A stretch of 64,000 bases of DNA from a virus (Duplodnaviria > Heunggongvirae > Uroviricota > Caudoviricetes). Below, one piece after another: positions 41,044-52,100 of this stretch (within the stretch, counting starts at the first letter, position 1; every line of letters starts with the position of its first letter). The position numbers and the translations under genes were made by a program. Location: the IMG/VR virus record IMGVR_UViG_2687453454_000003, positions 1-64,000 of that record, one strand, 5' to 3'. The notes beneath the pieces are model-generated. The model searched no databases. It was not told where the DNA came from and was given only the letters and a program-made list of their open reading frames with translations.

Positions 41044-42552
41044 TTATTCTTCGGACTGGTCGTCGGTGTGCTGCGGCTCCTGTCGTTTCGTTGCGGCACT
41101 GCTGCCTCCTTTATCACTGGCCGGATCGGTATCAAATACCAGATCCAGTTTGCGGTTTTCATCAATTTCGGCCTTGCGCCGACGTTTGACATCATCCGGA
41201 TTACGACCACCAGCACGTACCCAGTCTGATTCTGTCGCCGCTCCACCACGAATCTGGATTTTCCAGGCCTCAGCCTCCTTAACAGGGTCAATCCACGGCA
41301 TCACCGGTCCGGAATACACCGCGGTATACAGTGAAGAACGGTCAAGATCGCGGGGTAGCCTGATAACACCGGATGCCACAGCCTGTTTCAGCCAGGCACG
41401 ATACATCGGACGGGTGACGGCACCAATAAACCAGTCCTGCAGGATCAGGTAGCCATCAGTGGATTCAACCAGCTCCTGACGCTGGGCGCTGTAAGTGCCG
41501 TTATAGTTGCGCGCTGTACTGGAAAAACTCAGACGACTGCCCGCCGCCACGGCACGCAACTGACCATTACGAAAAGTTTCAAGGTTAGGATTGGGGCGAT
41601 CCGACTTCACCATTCCGATTTCTTCGCCGGGTTTCAGATCATCGTAAATAATGCCTGGCTGAATGGTAAGCTCGCGTTCCTTATCCTTGCTGCCATTACC
41701 ATCCGCTTCATAGCTCTGCCCGTCGCCTTTCCGGATGTACATCCCCAGAGCAGCGGCGATCCTTGCTGCAGTCAGCTCAGAATCTTCATACTCTTTCAGG
41801 GCACTGAGGCGGATCAGCACACCGGACAATAAAGACGTCCCGCGCATCTGGTGCAGACGGCGAACAAATTTAAGATGCAGCATTCGCTCTGCATCCACTT
41901 CTTTGGTTTCCATCTGCCGTCCGGATACGGGACGGCTTTTATACACCAGATATTTTTCGGGACGCCCCCAGTCATCAACAAACACGCCCTGATTCAGCCT
42001 GTTGCTCTCATCACTGGTCATGGGAATAAAGTCCGGCTCGAGCGCCTCCAGCCAGAAATGAACACCGGCAGAAGGCGTCAGGCTGTTTATGCGCCCGGAA
42101 ACCATCTGGGCAAACACCTCACCATCGCGCAGCCAGGTACGCAGCATCAGACGTTCCAGCATCGGACGGGTAAACTGCCCGGTGACTTCCGGGCTGACAG
42201 ACCATTCACTCCATCGGGTGCGAATCTCCGCAGCCAGATCACGGGCAATGGCCCCATTGCGTAATACCGGATGTGGCTCGACAATAATCCCGTTTTTCCC
42301 CACCACCCGTTCTTCCAGCTTGTCAAATACACCAATGACCAGATCGTGGTTGTTATCAAGGTAACGGGCCTGCTCACGTAACGACACGGCCCCGTACTGG
42401 CTTAACTGGTCGGCAGTTCGGTTTTCCCGCCGGGCTTTGTGTGTCCGCGTCGTTTTTACGGCCTCATAAGCCTGGATCACCGCCCGGGAACGCAGCCTTG
42501 CCGCTTTCCATCCTGGTGAAAAAACGCCAATCACATCATCAAGAATTGCCAT
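41044..42552 (-). CDS. portal protein (lambda B-like)
   Basis: About 500 aa from MAILDDV; position between W-like and protease-capsid genes. Confidence 0.8.
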   Translation of the reverse strand: MAILDDVIGVFSPGWKAARLRSRAVIQAYEAVKTTRTHKARRENRTADQLSQYGAVSLREQARYLDNNHDLVIGVFDKLEERVVGKNGIIVEPHPVLRNGAIARDLAAEIRTRWSEWSVSPEVTGQFTRPMLERLMLRTWLRDGEVFAQMVSGRINSLTPSAGVHFWLEALEPDFIPMTSDESNRLNQGVFVDDWGRPEKYLVYKSRPVSGRQMETKEVDAERMLHLKFVRRLHQMRGTSLLSGVLIRLSALKEYEDSELTAARIAAALGMYIRKGDGQSYEADGNGSKDKERELTIQPGIIYDDLKPGEEIGMVKSDRPNPNLETFRNGQLRAVAAGSRLSFSSTARNYNGTYSAQRQELVESTDGYLILQDWFIGAVTRPMYRAWLKQAVASGVIRLPRDLDRSSLYTAVYSGPVMPWIDPVKEAEAWKIQIRGGAATESDWVRAGGRNPDDVKRRRKAEIDENRKLDLVFDTDPASDKGGSSAATKRQEPQHTDDQSEE

Positions 42553-42770
42553 CAGAACCTCGCCAGCCGGTACCCGGGATGCCCCCGTCGTCGTGTAATC
42601 AGAGCCGCAAGGCGGCGCTCCCACTCCTGCCGTCCCTGCCGGATCTCAGATAAGTTTTCCATGGTCATCTGCTGACCATTAAAGGTGACGGATTTTCCGT
42701 CCAGCACCGCCATTTCAGCTTCCGTATAACGCTGAATCATGGCTTCGATATCATTCTGGTTCATAACCAT
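42552..42770 (-). CDS. head-tail joining protein W-like
   Basis: 72 aa (lambda W is 68 aa), RRRG near C-terminus; between terminase and portal. Confidence 0.55.
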   Translation of the reverse strand: MVMNQNDIEAMIQRYTEAEMAVLDGKSVTFNGQQMTMENLSEIRQGRQEWERRLAALITRRRGHPGYRLARF

Positions 42771-44863
42771 CCTCCGGAAGTCAGCCAGGGGTTAACATCG
42801 TCAGTTACTGTTTTCTTCCGTTTTTGTTTTTTAACAGGCGTGGATACCGGTTCCGGTGTGGGTGACGGTTCGGTACTGTCCGGGACACACTCCAGCCAGG
42901 TTTCCCGGCTCGCCCACTCCGGTGCATCCGGCCAGCGGATCTTTTCGTATCCATGCAGAATGACCAGAGCCTCGGCATACACCATCAGGTCAAAAGCTTC
43001 GTTGGCACCGCGACCCGGCTTACTCCATTTCCCGTCACTGCTCCGCTCTTCATACGTCAGTTCGTCGTAAAACCAGCTCCCCAGCCAGTCAGGGAAATGC
43101 ACATAGCCGGGACCTGGCGAGTCACGCCATAACGCGTTATTCACCCGGTCTTTCAGGGCATCCGTCTGAAGAAGCCAGAGCGGCACATCACCTGCGGCCT
43201 GCGCCCGTCGGCCCGTTCGTCCGGTGTTATCAGGGAATGTACGGGTGATCAGTTTTGCGCGCCGGATGCTGTCGCCCTTAAACAGGTAAATACGTTTACC
43301 AAGGCCATCACGACGGCAACGACGCCAGAATTTATAGGCATTATCAGTGACCCCGTCTTCACCGCCGGAGTCCACCGCCATTGCCATCAGTCGCATTTGT
43401 TGAGAAGGATCGGAGGCCAGCGGCCAGCTTTTATGAAAAACATCCGTCAGCAGGACATCCCAGTCTTCCGGATAGCTGGCCGGATCAATTCGCTGGCTCT
43501 CCCCGTCGCTGTCACCGCGCAATGACTGCGTGATGTTGTAACGTTCAATAATCCAGCGTTCGCCACGGCTGCCATAGCCCGTTACCTGAACCACAAAACG
43601 GCGATGACGTCCCGCCTGCACATCCACTGTCGCCACAAGGAAATTAACGCCATCCGGCACACTGCGGGAAGGAACTGGCTCTGCCCGCTGCTCAAGCAGT
43701 TCACTTTTTCGTTGCTCCATGCTGGCGCGGGGAAGATAAGGTAATCCCCAGTCGGTATTGATAACCGTCTTGAGTGTTTCTTCACTTCCGGTTGTCTCGT
43801 ATTCCTGTTCTGCAGTAAGCAGTTTGTAAACGAGTTGCGAGAGTGTCTGGTAAGCAGCTGCCGGACCCTCCATCCAGAATGACGCAATACGTGAGCGTCG
43901 GGGATCACCATAACGACTACCATCCGCATTGATGGATTCACCATCCCGCAACCAGACCCCACGTCCGTTCAGCTCACGTTTTTGTTCAGGCATAATCCGT
44001 CCTGAACAGGAAGGACACTGAATATAAGCCGCCTCACTTGCCAGCACGGGATCGGCAATATCACGGAAACCAGCAACCACATCGCCGCAGGGCTGAAAAT
44101 ACTCACCACAGTGTGGACAGGGCCAGTACCAGCGACGGCGATCGCCACGGTTATAGAGCGACAGTATCCCCGTGGTTGGTGGAGCCTCATGCGGTGAAGT
44201 CCGTCGCCATTTCACATCCTTCACATCCCTGCCGGGGGAACTCTCCACCAGCGTCATACCACTGGACATAAATGTTGTGGTACGTTTTGAGGCAAGAGAG
44301 AAAGCATCCCCCTCGCCATCAATATCTTCCGGAAAACGGTCATAATCCGTCAGCGCGACGCATTTATAATCTGATGAGGACATGATATTGACTGACGGCC
44401 AGCCGATTTTCAGGTAGTTACCAGCAAGGAATGTTCTGTCATAAACGTTGTTGTCATTTTTGTTCGGACTCAGGCGACTGACCACTTCCGGGCTGACGCG
44501 AAACGTTCTGGCAAGTCGTTTTTTGGAGTGTTCGCGGGCTTTTTCCTCCGTCATCTGAATGATCAGCATATCCGCAGGATCGCAAATCACGTTGTAAATC
44601 ACCCAGCCGTCAATCAGGCCGATAGTCTTGCCGGTTCGTGCCGGGCCAACAAATATCACTGCGTCGTATTCACGCGAGGCCAGGCAGTTCATCGGCTCAA
44701 TAACATACGGTGCCACCAGCGGATCCCACGGGACTGAGTTCCCGGCCCCCATGGGCACCCGCATATATTGAGCAACGGCATCAGCAACCTGCATTCGTCT
44801 CGGTGCGCGAAGGATATAACCTGAATCGGTTCGTGCTGCCTTTGCGGTTTCCTGATTCAGCAT
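42761..44863 (-). CDS. terminase large subunit
   Basis: 700 aa; position and size (lambda A is 641 aa); Walker A candidate FVGPARTGKT. Confidence 0.9.
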   Translation of the reverse strand: MLNQETAKAARTDSGYILRAPRRMQVADAVAQYMRVPMGAGNSVPWDPLVAPYVIEPMNCLASREYDAVIFVGPARTGKTIGLIDGWVIYNVICDPADMLIIQMTEEKAREHSKKRLARTFRVSPEVVSRLSPNKNDNNVYDRTFLAGNYLKIGWPSVNIMSSSDYKCVALTDYDRFPEDIDGEGDAFSLASKRTTTFMSSGMTLVESSPGRDVKDVKWRRTSPHEAPPTTGILSLYNRGDRRRWYWPCPHCGEYFQPCGDVVAGFRDIADPVLASEAAYIQCPSCSGRIMPEQKRELNGRGVWLRDGESINADGSRYGDPRRSRIASFWMEGPAAAYQTLSQLVYKLLTAEQEYETTGSEETLKTVINTDWGLPYLPRASMEQRKSELLEQRAEPVPSRSVPDGVNFLVATVDVQAGRHRRFVVQVTGYGSRGERWIIERYNITQSLRGDSDGESQRIDPASYPEDWDVLLTDVFHKSWPLASDPSQQMRLMAMAVDSGGEDGVTDNAYKFWRRCRRDGLGKRIYLFKGDSIRRAKLITRTFPDNTGRTGRRAQAAGDVPLWLLQTDALKDRVNNALWRDSPGPGYVHFPDWLGSWFYDELTYEERSSDGKWSKPGRGANEAFDLMVYAEALVILHGYEKIRWPDAPEWASRETWLECVPDSTEPSPTPEPVSTPVKKQKRKKTVTDDVNPWLTSGGWL

Positions 44864-45357
44864 TACTCCTCCTGCTGTAATTCCTCCTCATCATCCGCAC
44901 CTGCTTCGGTCACCCGCAGGGCTATCTGATCGCGCAGATCATCAATAATGGACTGAACACGGCTCACAGCGGCAGGCTGCAGACCGCAGTCACGTTCCAG
45001 AATATCCGGTAATGTCTCCAGCACCTGCACGACCGCTTTTGCCCAGATGGCAAACTCCCGTCTGACATCACTGGCCGGAATGAGTTGCGCCGTTTCCTGT
45101 TCGAACTTAAGACGCTCACGTTCAGACTGATACCAGGCTTTGCGCTCATGCGCGTCCATTTCGCCTTCTGCAACCGGCGGTGGTAATGCCAGAAATGCCG
45201 ACACAATATCAACCACCCGATAAAGCTTGAGGTTGCTTTCATGCCCCCCTGCAACGGGTAGATTTTGCAGCCTTGCCGCAGCAGTCTGGCGATGTACACC
45301 TGACAGTGCCGCCAGTTGACTGATATTCAGCGTCAGATTTTTCAACTCTCGATCCAT
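44863..45357 (-). CDS. terminase small subunit (HTH-containing)
   Basis: 164 aa with N-terminal HTH-like LNISQLAALSGVHRQTAAARL; immediately upstream of terL. Confidence 0.6.
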   Translation of the reverse strand: MDRELKNLTLNISQLAALSGVHRQTAAARLQNLPVAGGHESNLKLYRVVDIVSAFLALPPPVAEGEMDAHERKAWYQSERERLKFEQETAQLIPASDVRREFAIWAKAVVQVLETLPDILERDCGLQPAAVSRVQSIIDDLRDQIALRVTEAGADDEEELQQEE

Positions 45358-45714
45358 ACCCGCTCCAGAATGTTTTAAACATGCATCTTGCGAACAACTT
45401 TAGGCAAACGGTGTTAGTGATGAACAAAAAACAATCAAAATCGACACCATAAAAATAAAAACACTGTAATATCAATCCATTAAAGTATTGGTGATGACGA
45501 ATGAAATTTCAAAAACTAGCCTTTTTCCGCGACGCTCCCGCCCCGTGGCAGGCCACCCCACCGGGAGGACCCGTCAGCCTGACAGCCATGACGAACGTCT
45601 GATACAGCGCCTTGCATGAATGGCATCGGGATAATCCAGAAAGGAATAGCATCGTGCCCACAAGAATCTGTGTGAGTATCCTGTTTCTTCCACCCCCGCA
45701 CAGGACTGGCGAGC

Positions 45715-45891
45715 ATGAGCGACAAACCCGCGAACCATAAACGCGGTAAAAACCCGGTGTGCATCGTTTTTGATTATTCCCGCACACTCTCGCAGAAGGA
45801 GTTCCCCGTCGGGCTACGGTCTCTGTTAATACGGGAATACGGCGACGATACAGCGCATGATGTGTCAGGCTTGAATACCTTTATCCGTTAA
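45715..45891 (+). CDS. small hypothetical protein (58 aa) in the cos region
   Basis: Protein-like composition (MSDKPANHKRGKNPVCIVFDYSRTL..); followed by hairpins; just below the track cutoff. Confidence 0.25.
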   Translation: MSDKPANHKRGKNPVCIVFDYSRTLSQKEFPVGLRSLLIREYGDDTAHDVSGLNTFIR

Positions 45892-45939
45892 AAGGGATAT
45901 CAGTTAAGCTATCCCGTGTAGGGTATAAGCCATTATCAA

Positions 45940-45965
45940 AGCCACTCTGTAGGGAGTGGCTTTTG
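45940..45965 (+). terminator. hairpin GCCACTC-tgtagg-GAGTGGC followed by TTTTG
   Basis: Direct reading; downstream of the small plus-strand ORF. Confidence 0.3.
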
Positions 45966-46172
45966 TAATGGCAATAAAAAGCCCCGCGAATGCGAGGCTA
46001 AATCCTGGTATTTGTAATGACTGGCTCTTATCTCAACGCAGCCCCTTACCGCGCGCAAGATGCTCAATATCAAGCATCAGCAATGAGATGTTTAATCTGG
46101 ATTCACTCCAGAAGTGATCACCATCCTGTCTACAGAGCCAGATGTGAAGGATGATGAGTAAAATTATCGCTA

Positions 46173-46652
46173 TCATCGAAGGCATTGCGTCCTGATGTAT
46201 TCCTGAAGCGTTCTCAGTGCTGTTTGGTCGCGGATAATTCCGTCCCGGATACCGAGAACGTTTCGTCCAGCAACTGGAGAGAGTTCGACGGTGGCATCAT
46301 TGCCCATGCCGGAGGCGCTGGAGGTTTCGGCTGAGGATGGCACAGGGCATTTTCCTTTGACGAACACCCGACCACCATTATCAAGCTTGCGCCGAAGAGC
46401 ATCATTTTCAGCTTTCGCATCAGCTAACTCCTTCGTGTATTTAGCATCGAGTGCATCAGCAGAACGCTGGCGCTGCTGCATGTCAGTAATGGTGGCGGTC
46501 GCCTGCTTCAGCTCACTGACTTTTTTATCTCGCTGTTCTTTGTAGGCGATGGCGTTATCACGGTAATGATTGACCGCCCACGACAGGCAGACGATGATGC
46601 AGATAACCAGAGCGGAGATAATCGCGGTTACTCTGCTCATTGTTGCCCCCAC
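46173..46652 (-). CDS. i-spanin (Rz-like)
   Basis: 159 aa, N-terminal TM helix, coiled-coil middle; downstream of endolysin. Confidence 0.75.
   Translation of the reverse strand: MGATMSRVTAIISALVICIIVCLSWAVNHYRDNAIAYKEQRDKKVSELKQATATITDMQQRQRSADALDAKYTKELADAKAENDALRRKLDNGGRVFVKGKCPVPSSAETSSASGMGNDATVELSPVAGRNVLGIRDGIIRDQTALRTLQEYIRTQCLR
46214..46420 (-). CDS. o-spanin lipoprotein (Rz1-like) embedded in Rz in another frame
   Basis: 68 aa; lipobox MVVGCSS and Pro-rich [16 protein letters not shown]; entirely inside the Rz ORF. Confidence 0.6.
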   Translation of the reverse strand: MRKLKMMLFGASLIMVVGCSSKENALCHPQPKPPAPPAWAMMPPSNSLQLLDETFSVSGTELSATKQH

Positions 46653-47134
46653 AAACAGACTTCACGCTCAATCTCACGACGAGTCATCAGGCCTTTCCAT
46701 TGCTTACCGCCAGCATATGTCCAGCGACGTAGCTGATCACATGCGCCTTTGATATCGCCCTGGTTTATTTTGCGAAGAAGCGTCGATGTTCTGAAATTGC
46801 CAGCACCCACGTTGTAGACGAACGAGTACAGAGCGCCGCGCGTTGTTTCCGGTATATCGACTTTGATGTACGGGTTAATTTGTCTGGCAACCGTGGCAAG
46901 GTCTTTATTCAGGAGGGCTTTGCATTCTGCTTCGGTATACGTTTTACCGAGCATGATGTCTTTTCCGGTGTGTCCGTGACATACAGTCCATACGCCAACG
47001 ATATCTTTGTATGGTATGTAGCTGACACCTTCCAGGCCATCGTCACCACTTGGGCCAGTGATTAACACTGATGCTATAGCAATTGCTCCGCCACCAATAG
47101 CAGCAGCAACTGCTTTTCGTAATGATGGAGGCAT
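46637..47134 (-). CDS. SAR endolysin (T4-type lysozyme, phage 21 R-like)
   Basis: 165 aa; Gly/Ala-rich N-terminal signal-anchor-release segment [16 protein letters not shown] followed by lysozyme domain. Confidence 0.85.
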   Translation of the reverse strand: MPPSLRKAVAAAIGGGAIAIASVLITGPSGDDGLEGVSYIPYKDIVGVWTVCHGHTGKDIMLGKTYTEAECKALLNKDLATVARQINPYIKVDIPETTRGALYSFVYNVGAGNFRTSTLLRKINQGDIKGACDQLRRWTYAGGKQWKGLMTRREIEREVCLWGQQ

Positions 47135-47412
47135 TATTCACCTCTCGCAGCCTTGCGCTTATCTTCTTTAATCTTGAAATAAAGGTTTGTCAGGTACGTC
47201 AGCAGGCCAAATACCAGACTACCCAGCACACCTATTGCCGCCCACTGTGAGGGCGTGACTTTATCGAGCAACTGTAAAAACCAGTACCCGGCACTACCTG
47301 CTGAGGTGCCATAGGCGACACCCGTTGTTAACTTATCCATGGATTTCATAACCCCACCTCGCAGATGCGGGTGCTGTGTAATGGAAATAAAAAGGCCACC
47401 TGACGTGGCCAC
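47134..47412 (-). CDS. holin (phage 21 S-like pinholin; true start may be an internal Met)
   Basis: Two TM segments and charged C-terminus; MKSMDK internal start resembles the S21 dual-start motif. Confidence 0.7.
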
Positions 47413-47416
47413 CAGA

Positions 47417-48469
47417 TTATTTCCCCACCAGCTCGTTTATCTCTTTCACTGTCTGATTAAACCGCTCTGACTCAAGCTCAACACCTAAGGCCCGACGCCC
47501 CAGCGCCATTGCTGCTTTTATTGTGGAACCGGATCCCATAAAAAAATCAGCAACCAGATCACCTGGTCGACTACTGGCATTGATTATTTGCCTGAGCATA
47601 TCCGCCGGTTTCTCACACGGATGTTTACCCGGGTAGAACTGAACGGGTTTATGCATCCAGACATCGGTATAAGGCACGGAGACTGATACGGAGAAATAGC
47701 GCCGGAGAGATTTAAACTCATCCAGCAATTCAGAATATTTACGATTCAGTGAATCATAAGATGCCACCAGCTGGTGGTGCGGTTGTTCCAGTTGTTGTTC
47801 CTGAAACTTCTCTGCCGCTATACGGGAAAACAGTGCCTGTAACTTCCGATAGTCAGCCTCATTCGGCAACTGCCACTGACTGGCACCAAACCAGTGGGAA
47901 ACCATATTTTTCTTACCTGTGGCTTTGGCAATTTGTTTTGCCGTTATACCCAGTTCGGCACGAGCATCCCTGAAATACGATATCAGCGGTGCCATTATGT
48001 GCTGTTTGAGTTCCCTTTCTTTTGCTGCATAGCCGTCACTTTTGCCGCGATATGGCCCCTGGTAATGTTCAGCAAACAGAACTCGCTCTGTGGCAGGAAA
48101 ATATGCACGCAGACTTTCTTTATTACACCCATTCCAACGTCCGGACGGCTTCGCCCAGATGATATGGTTAAGCACGTTGAAACGTTCACGCATCATGATC
48201 TCAATATCAGATGCCAGGCGATGCCCACAGAACAGGTAAAGGCTTCCGGCAGGTTTTAACACCCGCCAGAACTGGGCCAGACAGTGGTCCAGCCACTTAA
48301 GGTAATCTTCGTCCCCTTTCCACTGATTGTCCCAGCCGTTGGGTTTCACCTTGAAGTACGGCGGATCGGTAACAATCAGGTCAATGGAATCATCAGGCAG
48401 GGACTGAATAAAATGCAGGCAATCAGCGTTGATTAAATCAACACTGTTTATTTTTACAGTATTTTTCAT
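47417..48469 (-). CDS. DNA N6-adenine/N4-cytosine methyltransferase, orphan
   Basis: 350 aa; motif IVTDPPY; no adjacent restriction endonuclease. Confidence 0.8.
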
Positions 48470-48618
48470 GGATCAGTAAGCGTAACTCTGGTAGGCTCAC
48501 TCTGCTTTTGCGCTAAAGCAGTGGGCCGTGGTTCGCTTGTGACCAGTAAGCATGAGCGAATGGCTGGCAGGTGCTACCAACACCCGCCAGCCGCCCATTT
48601 TCACAAATTAAAAGTCCT

Positions 48619-48837
48619 TCATTGCTGAAGGCGTCTGTAACAGCCGAACTGGTAATCTGCCAGCCCCGCCATAACCAACTGGGTCAGTATTAACTGACAG
48701 CGTTCGCGTGAAAGATATGTGTTTTGTGCAATCTCCCCGACTGTTGCCGGTTCGATGCTTAATTCATTAAAAACAACTTTCGCCGTTTCTGTCATATCTT
48801 GCTGTTTTAGCATGTCTTTTTTCCTTCTGGTTAACAT
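48619..48837 (-). CDS. hypothetical protein (72 aa)
   Basis: ORF track. Confidence 0.35.
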   Translation of the reverse strand: MLTRRKKDMLKQQDMTETAKVVFNELSIEPATVGEIAQNTYLSRERCQLILTQLVMAGLADYQFGCYRRLQQ

Positions 48838-49103
48838 GACATACCAATAACTCTTGTCTAAAAAGCCAGCAAGATAAAAAGTCAGTATTCACGACCACCA
48901 GCGTGTTTACTGTACTGCACCAAGTTTACAGGTACAAAAAAACCGCTCAGCGGCGGGTTTAAGTTGTGTGGCGAAGTAACCACTCTTAACACGATACAAT
49001 ACTTTTTGCGTACGCGTTAAGATTTTTTTATAATTACTTACCTTTCTCACACCAAATGTAAAAGCAATATTTTTTGATAATCCTGTTGTTTAAAGGGAAT
49101 AGC

Positions 49104-52100
49104 ATGAAATCAATTGTACACTTATCCGACTTACACTTATCAGACTCAAAAAAATATGGTTTTCACTGGAAGAAAGCCAAAGAACTGGTCACAGTATTAG
49201 TTAATGATATACATTCATTAAGTAAAGAAAACAACCTCCAGATAGATGCCATTTTTTTTACTGGGGATTTAACGTTTTCTGGAACCAAAGAGCAATTTCA
49301 ACTATTTGATGAACATTTCCTCTCTCCACTTATTCAAAAGCTGAACATCAGTAAAAAAAACATTTTTATAACCCCAGGCAATCATGATGTGGACAGAAGT
49401 AAAGTTCATCCACTTGAAAAACAACTGCGAACTGGTTCGGACGAAAATTTCATATCATCATACTTTGATATGATAAATAATGGAGAGTATTCATGGGAAC
49501 GTCTCTACGAGTACTGTGAATATAATAAAACAATATTAGATCATCATTCTGATGTTGAACAATCTGGACGCATGATTACATGCTTTAAAGTAACAAACAA
49601 ATTATACGTCGTTAGCGTAAATAGCGCATGGTTAGCTATGGATGATAATGATATTGGTAACTTACGAATTACCCAAAAGCAAATTGATTTTATCAATCGT
49701 GCCAAAATACCTTCTGATGCAAAAATAATATTATTATGCCATCATCCTTTAGATTGGTTGAATAAGAATGATCGTGACATTTTTTCAACATTTATTGAAA
49801 AAAAAGTTTCAATGTTCTTTTTTGGTCATATGCATGATTTTAAACAAAAACTAGAATCTAGTTTTTGTGAAAACATCACCCTCTTTTTGCAAGCAGGAAC
49901 TTTGGATACTAGTGAAAATGTATCAGGCTATTCATTAATAAATTTTAATAGTTCAAATGTCATATCAGACGGAAGAATTTTTTATAGAAAATATAATAAA
50001 GAAAAAACATGCTATGAACCATGGGAAGAAAGAGGAAATGGTGGTGTTTTTGATTTCACCACTGAGAAAACTCTAACTTTTGACTCTGAAAAATTTGCAA
50101 CATTATCTAATGAGATTCTAGAGAAAACTGATAAGGATTTATTAATTAACATTGGAATCTCTGATGAAAAGAAAAAAAGTCTAAGAACCCTATTTACTGA
50201 ACCAAATTTCCTTGAATTTGCTCTTGGAGCCATGCCTTCTATGGAGATTAAGTCCACACAAGAATTACTAGAAGGACGAAACAACCTTGTGATTGTAGGA
50301 AACCATAGCTCAGGTAAAACATCTCTTTTAAAATACTTATTCATTAAGAGTCTAGAAAAACAGGCCAGCAAAGACTTCAGTAACTTTGCATTTTTCTTAG
50401 ATTTAAATGCAATTGAATTAAATAGCTTAAATACAATTGTAAGCGCATTATGTACACAATATTTCAATGCAGATTCGACCACATCTTTTGAAGAAAAAAT
50501 TAAAAAAATGTTACATGAGGGAAGATGTGTTATATATATTGATAATCTGGACAATATAAATACAAAAGAACAATGTGTAATTTCTGATTTTTTTATAAAA
50601 TTCAAAGAATGTAGATTTATCGTAACTGCTGGCTATAATAATTCAGATCTGGTAGTTAAAATATTATCAGATGAAAGCAAAGCTAAATTTCATGCAATTG
50701 CTATAGGTTCATTACGCAGATCTAATGTTCGCGATATTGTATCAAGATGGCACGACACAACATCACAAAATATAATATATAAAGAAATCACGCGAACAAT
50801 CAACAATTCGCAACTTCCTCATAATTATTTTACATACTCAATGCTTTTAGCTATTTATGAAGTTGATCATGACGTTAAAGGAATATTAAGTGAGTCTGAT
50901 ATTATAGAAAACTTCATAGAAATTTTGCTTCGTAAACATTTTATGGATACTCCGCCTAATAAGCCACAATTTAAAGAACTTCGACATTTTCTTGGATATT
51001 TAGGATTTACATTATTCAAAAACAAATGTAATTTTATTTCAAATAATGAACTTCTGCAGACTGCAATAATTTTCAATAGAGATACCATGCATGATTATCA
51101 AGTAGAAGACTATATAAAACCATTAAAAGAATGTGGAATATTGAAAGAAGAGCTATGTAATGTGATTTTCTCGCAGCCTTGCTTTTTATACTATTCCATC
51201 GCTTATTTCATGAAGCATAACGAAGAGCTAAAGAAAGAAATTTTATCCGATAATAATTACCTACATCTACATAAAGTTATTGAATACTATTCATCGCAGA
51301 ACTCATCTAGTCTTGATTTATTATACTTACTTAAAAAGAAGACTAATGCAATCAAATCTTCTTTATCTGAACGAATGCTCGAAGATAAGGGAATAAATAT
51401 TGAAGATATAAAGATTGAAGACTCTAATACTTTCTCTATTTTAGATATGGTATCAACCCAAGATGATTTCGAAAAAAAGATAGAATCACTCCGTGCAGAT
51501 AGAGAAAAAGATGACGCGCGACTAGATGAATTATCACCTTTATCTGATAAAGATAAAAAAGCTAATATATCAAATGTTAGAGCTGAAGGTAATAATAATC
51601 TGTTACATGATCTTATTAACACTTTATCTCTTTATGCAAGGGTATTCCGTAGTACTGAATTATCTATGGAAAGAGAAAATATATTAAATATATTTAATGA
51701 CCTTGTAAAGGGTTATGTTTTTTACATGAAAGCGTCACTAGTACTAATGGATGATTCATTTGTTCTTCCAGTAATACTCCCTGCATTAGAAAAGAAAATG
51801 CAAGAGGATAAATTAACCGATAACGAAAGGCAACGAGTTTTTGAAATGTTTAAACTAGTATTGTCTTTAGTTCGCTCAATGATCCCAAATAACATACAGT
51901 TTATTATGAGCAATGACTTAAGCTCGAAAAAACCACGTATTGCAAACATTATTACTGAATCAAAAGACTCAAATAGCAATCCTGTAGAAAAGGCTATTTT
52001 AACTTTCACCTTAATGGATATTAAAGATGAAATGGTTATACAATTAGCTAACGATTTAGCAAAGATACAAAACAAAGTTGTTCAAGAATCTCTTTTCTTC

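Noticed and set aside
45358-46172. Lambda-type cosN (GGGCGGCGACCT) and minus-strand ORFs 45509..45787 and 45516..45764
   Set aside because: No exact match to the lambda cohesive-end sequence seen by eye; the two overlapping ORFs are Gly/Arg/Cys-rich and look spurious.
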